NCBI GenBank assembly: GCA_045597005.1
Contig: JAZODJ010000025.1
Span: 6,391-70,390 of the forward strand
Length of the DNA stretch: 64,000 nt
From: Alphaproteobacteria bacterium
GTDB lineage: Bacteria > Pseudomonadota > Alphaproteobacteria > RF32 > CAG-239
Reading direction: 5' to 3'
This document shows positions 38,891-47,221 of the stretch, one piece after another. The translations under genes and the position numbers were made by a program. A model generated the notes under the pieces. The model worked only from the letters and a program-made list of their open reading frames with translations, was not told where the DNA came from and ran no database searches. Each line of letters starts with the position of its first letter. Positions within the stretch are counted from its first letter, which is position 1.

Positions 38891-39931
38891 ATGAAAAAAA
38901 TTGTGTTATTAATTATTGTATCTACGATATTTCTGTGTTCCTGTCAAAAAAAATCTCCATGGGAGGGACGTTGGGAATACGGAAGATATGCACCTGCTTA
39001 TGGTGGAGGATTGGACATTTCCGATTGTGAGGATAACAAATGTCATTTTTCTATTTTTACTTTTCATGGTTCACATACATGTGATGTGGATGGATATATC
39101 AAAATATCAGGTACACAAGCCGAGTATTATAACACAGATAACGAGCAAGATATAAAAAAAATAACAATGAAGCTTAATCTTGCTAAAGAAAACATAGAAG
39201 TCGATTGGATAAGCGGACATTTTTGCGGGATACAAGGGAATATTGGCGGAACGTACGAAAATAAAGATGCTCCGCTACGATATTTGACAAGCTTTGATTG
39301 TTGGCGCAATGAGTTGAGTAGCACCGAAAAGACAATTTGTTTGTCTGAAAAATTAGCAAAAGCAGATATTGAATTTTCAACTAATTATTCCAAAGAAAAA
39401 ACTGAAATATGGCAAAAAAATCGTGATAAATGTTATAAGAATGAAGAATGTTTATGGAATTTTTATGTTAAATCTATTCGTACAGAATACGAAAAATCAA
39501 ATGATGGAAAAACTAATTTGTTTCATTATTTCAAAAATCAAAATCTTAAATGGAATTTTCCAACCAGCTATGCTTTATTAAACGAATATTTTATGCAAAA
39601 CATGGAACAAGAAGATTATGATGCATGGATTGTTACTTTATACGATAAAAGTTATACAATTGAATGTGAAAACTGCATATTAAAAACATATGGCATTACA
39701 GGTTTATTCAAAATATATGAGTCAGCTTTTTACATAAATAAAGACGAAATATGGATAGTATTTGTTTCTGCAAACCTTTCTCAATCAGAAAATAAAAATA
39801 TTATAGTTTATGCTCCCTATGAAAAAAAGATAACGCAAATTCCTGAAAAATTGAAAGAATATATTGACTATTTATCGCCTTATTTTCCTAAAGGAGTAAA
39901 ATTAAAACATTTTTATCAAAATAATAAATAA
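38891..39931 (+). CDS. lipoprotein with central DUF1311/LprI-like Cys motif
   Basis: It has the lipobox-like signal MKKIVLLIIVSTIFLCSC and a central region ...CWRNELSSTEKTICLSEKLAKADIEF...WQKNRDKC... Confidence 0.6.
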   Translation: MKKIVLLIIVSTIFLCSCQKKSPWEGRWEYGRYAPAYGGGLDISDCEDNKCHFSIFTFHGSHTCDVDGYIKISGTQAEYYNTDNEQDIKKITMKLNLAKENIEVDWISGHFCGIQGNIGGTYENKDAPLRYLTSFDCWRNELSSTEKTICLSEKLAKADIEFSTNYSKEKTEIWQKNRDKCYKNEECLWNFYVKSIRTEYEKSNDGKTNLFHYFKNQNLKWNFPTSYALLNEYFMQNMEQEDYDAWIVTLYDKSYTIECENCILKTYGITGLFKIYESAFYINKDEIWIVFVSANLSQSENKNIIVYAPYEKKITQIPEKLKEYIDYLSPYFPKGVKLKHFYQNNK

Positions 39932-39938
39932 AAAAATA

Positions 39939-39966
39939 CTGCGAGGTCGTTGTAACAACCTCGCAG
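39939..39966. terminator. bidirectional terminator hairpin between convergent genes
   Basis: Hairpin ctgcgaggt-cgttgtaaca-acctcgcag, flanked by A and T runs. Confidence 0.65.
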
Positions 39967-39970
39967 AAAA

Positions 39971-40384
39971 TTATTTTGCTAAGTGAGCCCTCTCGGCTCT
40001 ATTTAACCAACCTTGTAAAAATTTTAAATTATCAGGATTTTTAATAGTCAAATCAGTATAATAATTCTTCATTTCTGTTTTGTATTTTTCTGTAAATTCT
40101 CTGTAATCATCATCAGTAAATTGTGAAAATTTATTCAAAGTATTGTTTCCTATAATATTTCCGTTAGGTGAAAGTCCTAAGACTTTATGAGTTGTCTTTA
40201 TTGCGTTCAACGGGCTTGTCGGAGCACCATAATCAACAATAAACCCTCGCACTTTGTAGGGTAATTTATCCAGTCCGTTCCATTTATAAAAATCTCTATA
40301 ATAAATTGCATTCGCCCGTTCTCGATTTATTGTTTTTATATTTTCGTTTGGGTATGTCCAAAGCTTTTTATTGACAGATTTTTA
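39971..40384 (-). pseudogene. 5'-truncated glycoside-hydrolase-108-like (phage-type muramidase) remnant
   Basis: The frame is open to ~40384 but has no ATG; the track starts it at a GTG at 40252. ...RANAIYYRDFYKWNGLDKLPYKVRGFIVDYGAPTSPLNAIK... resembles the middle of GH108 proteins. The N-terminal catalytic part is absent. Confidence 0.4.
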
Positions 40385-40446
40385 TTTTATGTGTAATCAA
40401 AAGAACAAAATAAATAATAATTAACAATCTAATTTATCTAATTTTT

Positions 40447-41055
40447 ATGGAAGAAAAAAGAAAACAACAGCTGTTACAACAAGCTGACAAAGCTTACAAA
40501 TCTTGTATAAATCGCTTGGATCAAAAATCATCGGTTGATGATATTGATGAACAAGTCAAGATGATAAGCAATGTGCTTGCTTTTGGTACCATTATTTCAA
40601 CCGGACGACGAAATCCGTCGGGCTATATTGGAACATTCAAGCAATGTAAAACATTAAAAAATTTGTTTGGCGGACAGATTGGTGTCATAAGCTATGTTTG
40701 GTATTGGCTAGGGTATGCATTAACTGATGAGATCAGTAAAGTTGTTGGCAATAATCGGAAAAATCTGGTTTTAAACGTTCCGGAACCCGATTTGGAAGAT
40801 ACTGTTTTGAATATCAGTGAGATTGCATCATTAGATATCAAATATGGCAACAAATATAGTGGTAGAGCCTTGTATATAGGAGGGTACAAAGTTTGTATCA
40901 ACCTTAAACGGAGGTTTGGTGGCAAGATAGGAAGGCTATATAACCATTGGCACTGGATAGGAAACGCAAGTTTTAAGAGTATTACTGCCACTTATCAAGA
41001 ATACCAGAAAAGTTCCAAACGTTTCAAACGCAAAAGAATTGTTTTTACAAGATGA
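40447..41055 (+). CDS. hypothetical protein with an internal tandem duplication
   Basis: There are two ~40-aa repeats: GYIGTFKQCKTLKNLFGGQIGVISYVWYWLGYA and LYIGGYKVCINLKRRFGGKIGRLYNHWHWIGNA. The C-terminal tail is basic. Confidence 0.55.
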   Translation: MEEKRKQQLLQQADKAYKSCINRLDQKSSVDDIDEQVKMISNVLAFGTIISTGRRNPSGYIGTFKQCKTLKNLFGGQIGVISYVWYWLGYALTDEISKVVGNNRKNLVLNVPEPDLEDTVLNISEIASLDIKYGNKYSGRALYIGGYKVCINLKRRFGGKIGRLYNHWHWIGNASFKSITATYQEYQKSSKRFKRKRIVFTR

Positions 41056-41154
41056 CGATTTCCCCCTTAATGTTATTCAAACGGCATTATGGGGGAATAG
41101 TGTTTTAAACAAAATATGTTTACGACAAAAGCTTTCCAAAATAGACAAAAGTAA

Positions 41155-41183
41155 TTGACAATGTTTTTTTTAATTGTTATATT
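41155..41183 (+). promoter_or_regulatory. putative strong sigma70-type promoter (TTGACA-17-TATATT)
   Basis: A consensus -35 hexamer and a near-consensus -10 hexamer have 17-nt spacing. GGAGGA and the ATG at 41209 follow. Confidence 0.5.
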
Positions 41184-41208
41184 GCATCATCAATATTTGG
41201 AGGACGCA

Positions 41209-42162
41209 ATGAGTTTTCAATATCCGAAAGAAATAATATTACCATCTGCCGACGAAATTATTTCTGCAATGTACGATACTCCTTTAGGAGAAGGGGAAGA
41301 GGCTAAAGTTTATAAAATACACACAAGCCCGCAATATACGGTTCGTGTAAATCACTATGCTCCCAGTATATCTGAATTGCGCCAAAAATTCAAAGAAATA
41401 CCTTTTGTCAAACAAAAGGATATTTTTGCCGGACGTAATTATGCGCAACCGGTTGCATACTGGGGTAATGATGATAGAATAGAAGATGGAGCATTGTTGA
41501 CTATTAATCTATATGCTCCGGGTTTTTCGTTAGAAGTACACAAGGCTGGTCGTCCTAAACCGGAACCGGAGGAAGCATTAATCCGAACACGTATTTTATC
41601 AGAAACTGTTGCCAATATGCCGGATAAAGCTATTGATTATTTGTTTGATGATCTTCATTTTTTGTCATCTCGTAAATATTCAATTGATACAGGCGGAGGA
41701 TTGTTTTGTAATACCGGTAATATTTTATATTCGGCTAATGATGAACAAGCCTTTATCATTGATATTCAACCATTTATCAAAATGCATCCGGGAATAAATG
41801 TTAATCATTATAAGGGTTTTAATACACCTTTATACCTTCATAAAGGTCTTATCCCCGGTGCAAATTGTTATGAAAAAGAACATTCAAAAGATCCGGAACT
41901 TATAAGATATAGAACGGAAATTACCGATAAACTAATCAGAGGAGCAATGCGTAATAACTTAAATGACGTTGGAGGTTATTTATCAGGTGATGCTGATAAA
42001 ATGGCAAAATTTTGGGAAGTTCAACTGACAAAGCTTCAAATTCCGGAAAAATATCGAGAAGGGTTTATTAAAGATATAACATCTGTACAGCAACAAAATC
42101 GCTATGAAATACCAAAAATTTTACCATCTTTCAAGCGTGTTGCCGGTCGCGGTATGGATTAA
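41209..42162 (+). CDS. hypothetical protein with protein-kinase/aminoglycoside-phosphotransferase-like motifs
   Basis: It has a Gly-rich-loop-like LGEGEEAKVYKI, a catalytic-loop-like SIDTGGGLFCNTGNILY and a DFG-like AFIIDIQPF. The start is moved to the ATG with a GGAGGA RBS, because the track TTG start coincides with the -35 box. Confidence 0.5.
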   Translation: MSFQYPKEIILPSADEIISAMYDTPLGEGEEAKVYKIHTSPQYTVRVNHYAPSISELRQKFKEIPFVKQKDIFAGRNYAQPVAYWGNDDRIEDGALLTINLYAPGFSLEVHKAGRPKPEPEEALIRTRILSETVANMPDKAIDYLFDDLHFLSSRKYSIDTGGGLFCNTGNILYSANDEQAFIIDIQPFIKMHPGINVNHYKGFNTPLYLHKGLIPGANCYEKEHSKDPELIRYRTEITDKLIRGAMRNNLNDVGGYLSGDADKMAKFWEVQLTKLQIPEKYREGFIKDITSVQQQNRYEIPKILPSFKRVAGRGMD

Positions 42163-42307
42163 ATATGAATTAAACTAAAAGCTTTCTAAAAAAAGAAAGC
42201 TTTTTATTCATATAAAAATATGGCAGGAATTCACATTTTACTGGATAAAGTTAATATTTACATTTATATTCGGATAAAATAAAAGCAAAAAATATTGGAG
42301 CAAAGCA

Positions 42308-42910
42308 GTGTTGTCTGTTCAAGAAGCTAAAAATTTAATAAAAGAATTAAGAGAAAACGAGATAAATTTCGGAAGGAAACCGGAAACATGGTTTACTTAT
42401 GAAAATCATATTGAGAATGCTGCCAATGTTGCAAAAATAGTTGCTTCTAAAATAGCTAATATGGATGTAGAAGAAGTTTATATTTCCGCAATGTTACATG
42501 ATATTTGTCGTACAGAAGAAGATAGAAAACAAAGATTTCATGGAATATTAGGATATGAAAAACTAAAAGATATTGATGAAAAATCAGCTCGTTCATCTTT
42601 ACTTCATATGTTTCCTTGGAACAAACTGCCTGAATATGAAAAATGCTCCAAAATATTTTTTAATAAAAAAGAAGATTATGATTTTATTGCAAATTTTATT
42701 AAAACTCATAAAACAACAGATGAAGATTTATTAATACAACTAGCTGACAGTTTGGCAAATAAAGATGGTATTGTAACACTGGAGCAAAGAGCAAAAGAAT
42801 ATTATGAACGCCGTGGAGAAGAAGTACCTCAAATAGAAGCGAGATATAAATTAAAATCATATTTTGATAAAAAAGTTGGTTGTGATATATATAGTTTGTT
42901 GCAGATATAG
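42308..42910 (+). CDS. HD-domain phosphohydrolase
   Basis: It has H...HD (AAMLHDICR) and a later D (LADSLANKD). 200 aa, GTG start. Confidence 0.6.
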   Translation: MLSVQEAKNLIKELRENEINFGRKPETWFTYENHIENAANVAKIVASKIANMDVEEVYISAMLHDICRTEEDRKQRFHGILGYEKLKDIDEKSARSSLLHMFPWNKLPEYEKCSKIFFNKKEDYDFIANFIKTHKTTDEDLLIQLADSLANKDGIVTLEQRAKEYYERRGEEVPQIEARYKLKSYFDKKVGCDIYSLLQI

Positions 42911-43181
42911 ATATAGTAGACAGATAAGATATCAAAAGCTGTTTCCGAACTAAGAAACGAATTGCAAGTACAAGATTTATATTATCCAATAATTAATAAG
43001 ATTGAGCTTCTTATGAGTAAAAGACTAAAACAGCTTATAGCACATTGAAAAACAATGAAAGTTAGTGAAGTCGGTTCGTGAAAATTATAAAAAATTGATT
43101 TTTGAAAAACTAACACTTGAAACTACTGAAAGCCTTGGAAAATAAAGAAAAAGCAGGCATTTGAAAGCCGGCTGTTTGTAT

Positions 43182-43193
43182 TGGTGATCCCAG
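43182..43193. repeat. 12-nt direct repeat of the tRNA-Glu 3' end (TGGTGATCCCAG)
   Basis: It is identical to 43363..43374 in the same orientation, 181 bp away. The next two bases match as Y-G. Confidence 0.6.
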
Positions 43194-43204
43194 TGCTGAG
43201 AAAT

Positions 43205-43232
43205 AAAAAACACCGTTGCTCCGGTGTTTTTT
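43205..43232. terminator. terminator-like hairpin with flanking A and T tracts
   Basis: The sequence is aaaaaa-caccg-ttgct-ccggtg-tttttt. No annotated gene ends next to it. Confidence 0.45.
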
Positions 43233-43326
43233 ATGAGCCAAGCAATGAGACTAATTGAGCGAGTGAGTATTAACGAAGCAAAGCGAAATAATAGTCGGAA
43301 TTGGATAGTCCCGCCAGATTATCAAT

Positions 43327-43360
43327 AAACCCAAATCCTCCGAATGGAGAATTTGGGTTT
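43327..43360 (-). terminator. hairpin immediately downstream of tRNA-Glu
   Basis: The stem aaacccaaat / atttgggttt begins 3 nt after the tRNA CCA end. Confidence 0.5.
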
Positions 43361-43362
43361 AC

Positions 43363-43438
43363 TGGTGATCCCAGCGGGACTCGAACCCGCGTTACCGCCG
43401 TGAGAGGGCGATGTCCTAGACCGCTAGACGATGGGACC
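43363..43438 (-). tRNA. tRNA-Glu (anticodon CUC)
   Basis: The reverse complement GGTCCCATCGTCTAGCGGTCTAGGACATCGCCCTCTCACGGCGGTAACGCGGGTTCGAGTCCCGCTGGGATCACCA aligns position by position with E. coli tRNA-Glu. The anticodon loop is CT-CTC-AC, and CCA is encoded. Confidence 0.9.
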
Positions 43439-43464
43439 ATATGCATATGTCTAAAACATCACCC

Positions 43465-43493
43465 TTAATAATCTAAAAAAAAATAACTTGCAA
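43465..43493 (-). promoter_or_regulatory. putative promoter of tRNA-Glu (TTGCAA-17-TATTAA on minus strand)
   Basis: Hexamers with 17-nt spacing lie ~25 nt upstream of the mature 5' end. Confidence 0.35.
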
Positions 43494-43519
43494 GCAATTT
43501 TTTCTTCAGACAGTAATTT

Positions 43520-45109
43520 TTATTGCCAAATTTCCGGAGAATTAAGCAAATATACTTGATTAAAACCTCGTTGTCGCAAAAGACAATATGCAATATATGC
43601 CGTATACCCCGTTGAACAAGAAAGAATGATTTTTCTTTTTCGTGGAATTTCTGCCAGATTACTTCTCAAAGCGGGCAGGGGAATGTTGATTATTTTGGCT
43701 TTACTGAAATGTCTGAAATTAGTCGGCATACAAACATTAAGCAAAACATCTTGTTCTTCGACACCATCCAAAGATATTGTTTTCATATTTTCAAAAGCTA
43801 TTTTTTGCGCCATTGTTCCCAAATTATTAAGGATATCTTTTGCTTTGGTAAATTCCGGAAAATAGGCCAATCCGAATTCTGCCAGATTATTGATATTGCC
43901 GGATTGTTGTATCATTGAGGCTACAATATTTAATCTTGTATCCACACCATTTTTTCCCATAATTTGCAATCCGAGTATTTTTCCGTCTAATCCAAACAAA
44001 AGTTTGCAATTAACAGGAGTTGTTTGTGGGATGTATAGTTCGCCGTTGCGTTGCGAAAAATAAAGCTTGTGATAAGGGATGCCTGCTTGTTTTAATTCAT
44101 CTTCATTACAACCGCAAAAACCGACAACATAATCAAATAGTTTAACAATATAATTTTTTAATCCCGATTTTAAACTGCTTTTGATGCCTGACACATTATC
44201 AGCAGCAATTTTAGCTGAACGAACAACCAAAGTTGCATCATTAATTCGCATAGGAAGGTCATTTATCAAATTGTTTATTTCCACATTTTCGCCACAGGCA
44301 TAAATATCATCAACCGATGTTTGCATAAATTCATCAATTTTAATACCCCCGGTGTTTCCGACATCAATATCTGCCATAATCGGAAGTTTTACCGTACTTT
44401 TGTTTCCGGTCGCAATTATTGCCATATCATAGTCCAATATTTCACCATTGCTTAAAACGGCTTTTTTAGGCAAAAATTCTTTAATTGAAGTATTTGTATA
44501 AAAAATAATACCTTTCGTCTTAAGTTTATTTTTAAGCATGGTGGCAAAATCATAGTCACATTCACTCAAGATATGAGTTTCATTTTCAACAACGACTATA
44601 TGAGCATTTTGTTGAATTAGTGCTTCTGCTGCTCTGAGGCCGATATACCCTCCACCTAAAATTAATATCTTTTTAGCCTGTAGACCTACAAAATAATCTA
44701 CAATTCGTTGTGCCGATAATAAACTGTTCAGACTGAAAATATTATCATTTGTAATTCCTTTGATATCGGGTCTCAGTTGTATAGCTCCTGTTGCTATTAT
44801 TAGTTTGTCATAATTGATGCTTTTTTTATCAGACAAAAGCAGTTCTTTTTTATCTGATTTTATGGCTAAGACTTCGGTATTGAGTTTTACATCGATTTGA
44901 AAAATTCTTTGCATTTGAGCGACACTGGCGCCGATAACATCATCTTTTTCTTTAATTTTTCCGGACAACACATATGGTAAACCGCAAGATGAAACCGCAA
45001 ATTCGCTTGACTTTTCAATTATCATAATTTCCGCATTTTCATCATTTCTGCGTAAATGTGTTGCAGCACTTACACCGGCACTTCCGCCACCAATAATAAC
45101 CACCCGCAT
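43520..45109 (-). CDS. CoA-disulfide reductase / NADH oxidase family flavoprotein with C-terminal rhodanese domain
   Basis: It has VIIGGGSAGVSAA, the redox Cys in SSCGLPY, a second GGGYIGLRAAE motif, and a C-terminal rhodanese-like ILSCSTGYTA. Confidence 0.8.
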   Translation of the reverse strand: MRVVIIGGGSAGVSAATHLRRNDENAEIMIIEKSSEFAVSSCGLPYVLSGKIKEKDDVIGASVAQMQRIFQIDVKLNTEVLAIKSDKKELLLSDKKSINYDKLIIATGAIQLRPDIKGITNDNIFSLNSLLSAQRIVDYFVGLQAKKILILGGGYIGLRAAEALIQQNAHIVVVENETHILSECDYDFATMLKNKLKTKGIIFYTNTSIKEFLPKKAVLSNGEILDYDMAIIATGNKSTVKLPIMADIDVGNTGGIKIDEFMQTSVDDIYACGENVEINNLINDLPMRINDATLVVRSAKIAADNVSGIKSSLKSGLKNYIVKLFDYVVGFCGCNEDELKQAGIPYHKLYFSQRNGELYIPQTTPVNCKLLFGLDGKILGLQIMGKNGVDTRLNIVASMIQQSGNINNLAEFGLAYFPEFTKAKDILNNLGTMAQKIAFENMKTISLDGVEEQDVLLNVCMPTNFRHFSKAKIINIPLPALRSNLAEIPRKRKIILSCSTGYTAYIAYCLLRQRGFNQVYLLNSPEIWQ

Positions 45110-45197
45110 TTTATGATCTCCTTATCGTTGTTGTCCAAAGATATAATCATTCAAAAAAATATCTTCAATTGTATGGAAAATTTTATCACAAAAATGC

Positions 45198-45226
45198 TTG
45201 ACAATCAGAGGAAAAGCCTATATAAG
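45198..45226 (+). promoter_or_regulatory. putative sigma70-type promoter upstream of ffh (TTGACA-17-TATAAG)
   Basis: A consensus -35 hexamer, a 17-nt spacer and a good -10 hexamer would give a ~110-nt leader before the ffh ATG. Confidence 0.45.
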
Positions 45227-45343
45227 AACTACAAATTTTCGTAATTAAAAGGCTTGAAAATTTACACACTCCAAGGAGTGCCGCCAGTCAGCGAGGGTTC
45301 GCACACTGGCGTGCAATAGTATGTAGATATAGGTTGTTGAATA

Positions 45344-46735
45344 ATGTTTGAGGCATTGAGTGATAAATTAACCGCTGTATTTAACAAAATCACCTCTCGA
45401 GGTGTTTTGTCGGAAGATGATATCAATACGGCAATGCGCGAAATCAGAATAGCTCTTCTTGAGGCTGATGTTTCGCTTCCCGTGGTTAAAGATTTTATTG
45501 CTCATGTCAAAGAACAAGCCTTGGGCGAAAAGGTCGTTCGCTCTATTCAACCGGGACAGATGGTGGTTAAAATAGTTCATGATGAACTATTGAAACTACT
45601 GAGTTCTGAAAACGAAGCGTTGAACCTTAATGCTCCATCTCCTGTTTGTGTATTGATGGTTGGTCTTCAAGGTTCCGGTAAGACTACCACTTCGGCCAAG
45701 ATTGCTAAACGCTTAAGCGCTAAGCAGCGAAAAAAAGTATTATTGGTATCATTAGATATTTATCGTCCTGCAGCACAAGAACAGCTTGCACAGTTGGCAA
45801 ACCAAATCGGTAGCACATCATTGCCGATTATTAAAGGTGAAAAACCTGAAGATACTACAAAGCGCGCAATCGATTTTGCCAAAAAAGGCGGATTTGATGT
45901 CATAATCTTAGATTCTGCCGGTCGTCTGCATATTGACCAAGAATTGATGGATGAAGTAAAACAAGTCAAAAAAATAGCCAATCCGACAGAGGTTTTGTTG
46001 GTTGCCGATGCAATGATAGGACAAGATGCTTGTAATGTCGCCAAAGAATTTAATGATCAAGTAGGAATTACCGGTCTTGTATTAACCAGAATTGATGGTT
46101 CATCTCGTGCCGGAGCAGCGTTATCTATGAAGATGATTGCCGGCGTTCCTATTAAGTTTTTGGGTATTGGCGAAAAGCTGGATGAAATAGAAGAATTTCA
46201 CGCCGACAGATTGGCCGGTCGTATTTTGGGGCAGGGTGATGTTGTATCACTGGTTGAAAAGGCCATTGATAATGTAAATAAAGAAGATGCCGAAAAGCTT
46301 GCTCAAAAAATGATGAAAGGCTCGTTCAATCTTGAAGATATGTTGTCTCAGTTGAAACAAATACAAAAGATTGGTTCAATCGGCGGAATAATGGGGATGT
46401 TGCCCGGATTATCAAAGTTTTCGGCTCAGGTAGAAGCTGCCGGAGGTGATAAGATAATCAAAAAACAAGAGGCTATAATTCTTTCAATGACAGTCAAAGA
46501 AAGAAGAAACCCCGATATCATTAAGGCTTCACGCAAAAAAAGAATTGCAGCAGGAGCCGGAGTAGAAGTTCATGAAGTAAACAAGTTGCTCAAATCATAT
46601 GAGCAAATGTCTACGATGATGAAGCAAATGGGCAAACTGGGCGGAATGTCAAAACTGCTTGGTTCTGCTATGTTAAAAAAATCTCCTTTCGGAGGAAATC
46701 CGTTTGGGGGTATGGGAGGTAAATTTCCTTTTTAA
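45344..46735 (+). CDS. ffh: signal recognition particle protein Ffh
   Basis: It has an N domain, GTPase motifs GLQGSGKTTT, DSAGR and TRIDG, and a Met-rich M domain. Confidence 0.95.
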   Translation: MFEALSDKLTAVFNKITSRGVLSEDDINTAMREIRIALLEADVSLPVVKDFIAHVKEQALGEKVVRSIQPGQMVVKIVHDELLKLLSSENEALNLNAPSPVCVLMVGLQGSGKTTTSAKIAKRLSAKQRKKVLLVSLDIYRPAAQEQLAQLANQIGSTSLPIIKGEKPEDTTKRAIDFAKKGGFDVIILDSAGRLHIDQELMDEVKQVKKIANPTEVLLVADAMIGQDACNVAKEFNDQVGITGLVLTRIDGSSRAGAALSMKMIAGVPIKFLGIGEKLDEIEEFHADRLAGRILGQGDVVSLVEKAIDNVNKEDAEKLAQKMMKGSFNLEDMLSQLKQIQKIGSIGGIMGMLPGLSKFSAQVEAAGGDKIIKKQEAIILSMTVKERRNPDIIKASRKKRIAAGAGVEVHEVNKLLKSYEQMSTMMKQMGKLGGMSKLLGSAMLKKSPFGGNPFGGMGGKFPF

Positions 46736-46777
46736 GGAATTTTGCTAATTATAAAAAACTAAAAGAAAGGAAAATAA

Positions 46778-47185
46778 ATGTCAGTACGTATCAGACTGTC
46801 TCGTGGTGGTTCTAAAAAACGTCCGTTTTACATGGTAGTTGCTGCTGATCAGCGCGCTCCTCGTGACGGTAGATTTATCGAAAGATTGGGTTCTTACAAT
46901 CCGATGTTGCCGAGAGAACATGCCGACAGATTCACTGTTGATGTTGAAAGAGTAAAATATTGGTTGTCAAAAGGCGCTCAACCTACCGAAAGATTAGAAA
47001 AATTGTTGTCTGGTTTAGGTTTGGTAGAAGCTCCTGCTTTGCGTGAACAGCCTAAAAAATCTGCTCTTAAAGCAAAGGCTTTAGAACGCATTAAAGAAAA
47101 AGAAGAAAAAGCAAAGGCTGCCGCTGAAGCTGCTGCCGCTGCTGAAGCTGAAGCAAAATCTGCTGAAGAAGCTTCTGCTGAATAA
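46778..47185 (+). CDS. rpsP: 30S ribosomal protein S16 (with Ala/Glu/Lys-rich C-terminal extension)
   Basis: The N-terminus is [18 protein letters not shown]. The 135-aa length comes from the [12 protein letters not shown] tail. Confidence 0.95.
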   Translation: MSVRIRLSRGGSKKRPFYMVVAADQRAPRDGRFIERLGSYNPMLPREHADRFTVDVERVKYWLSKGAQPTERLEKLLSGLGLVEAPALREQPKKSALKAKALERIKEKEEKAKAAAEAAAAAEAEAKSAEEASAE

Positions 47186-47221
47186 TCAAATAAGTATTAG
47201 TTATTTAAGGTTTTTATATTT

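Noticed and set aside
43040-43175. Recurring TTGAAA(A/C) and TGAAAGCC words (about 43045, 43102, 43117, 43127 and 43161), considered as a possible binding-site array.
   Set aside because: Words of 6-8 nt in AT-rich non-coding DNA are expected by chance. The spacing is not regular and they match no known box (CtrA, DnaA).
45240-45343. Possible SRP (4.5S) RNA gene directly upstream of ffh.
   Set aside because: The conserved SRP domain IV sequence (GGUCCGGAAGGAAGCAGCC-like) is absent. Only a generic GC-rich hairpin is present, and I kept that as a leader-structure finding instead.
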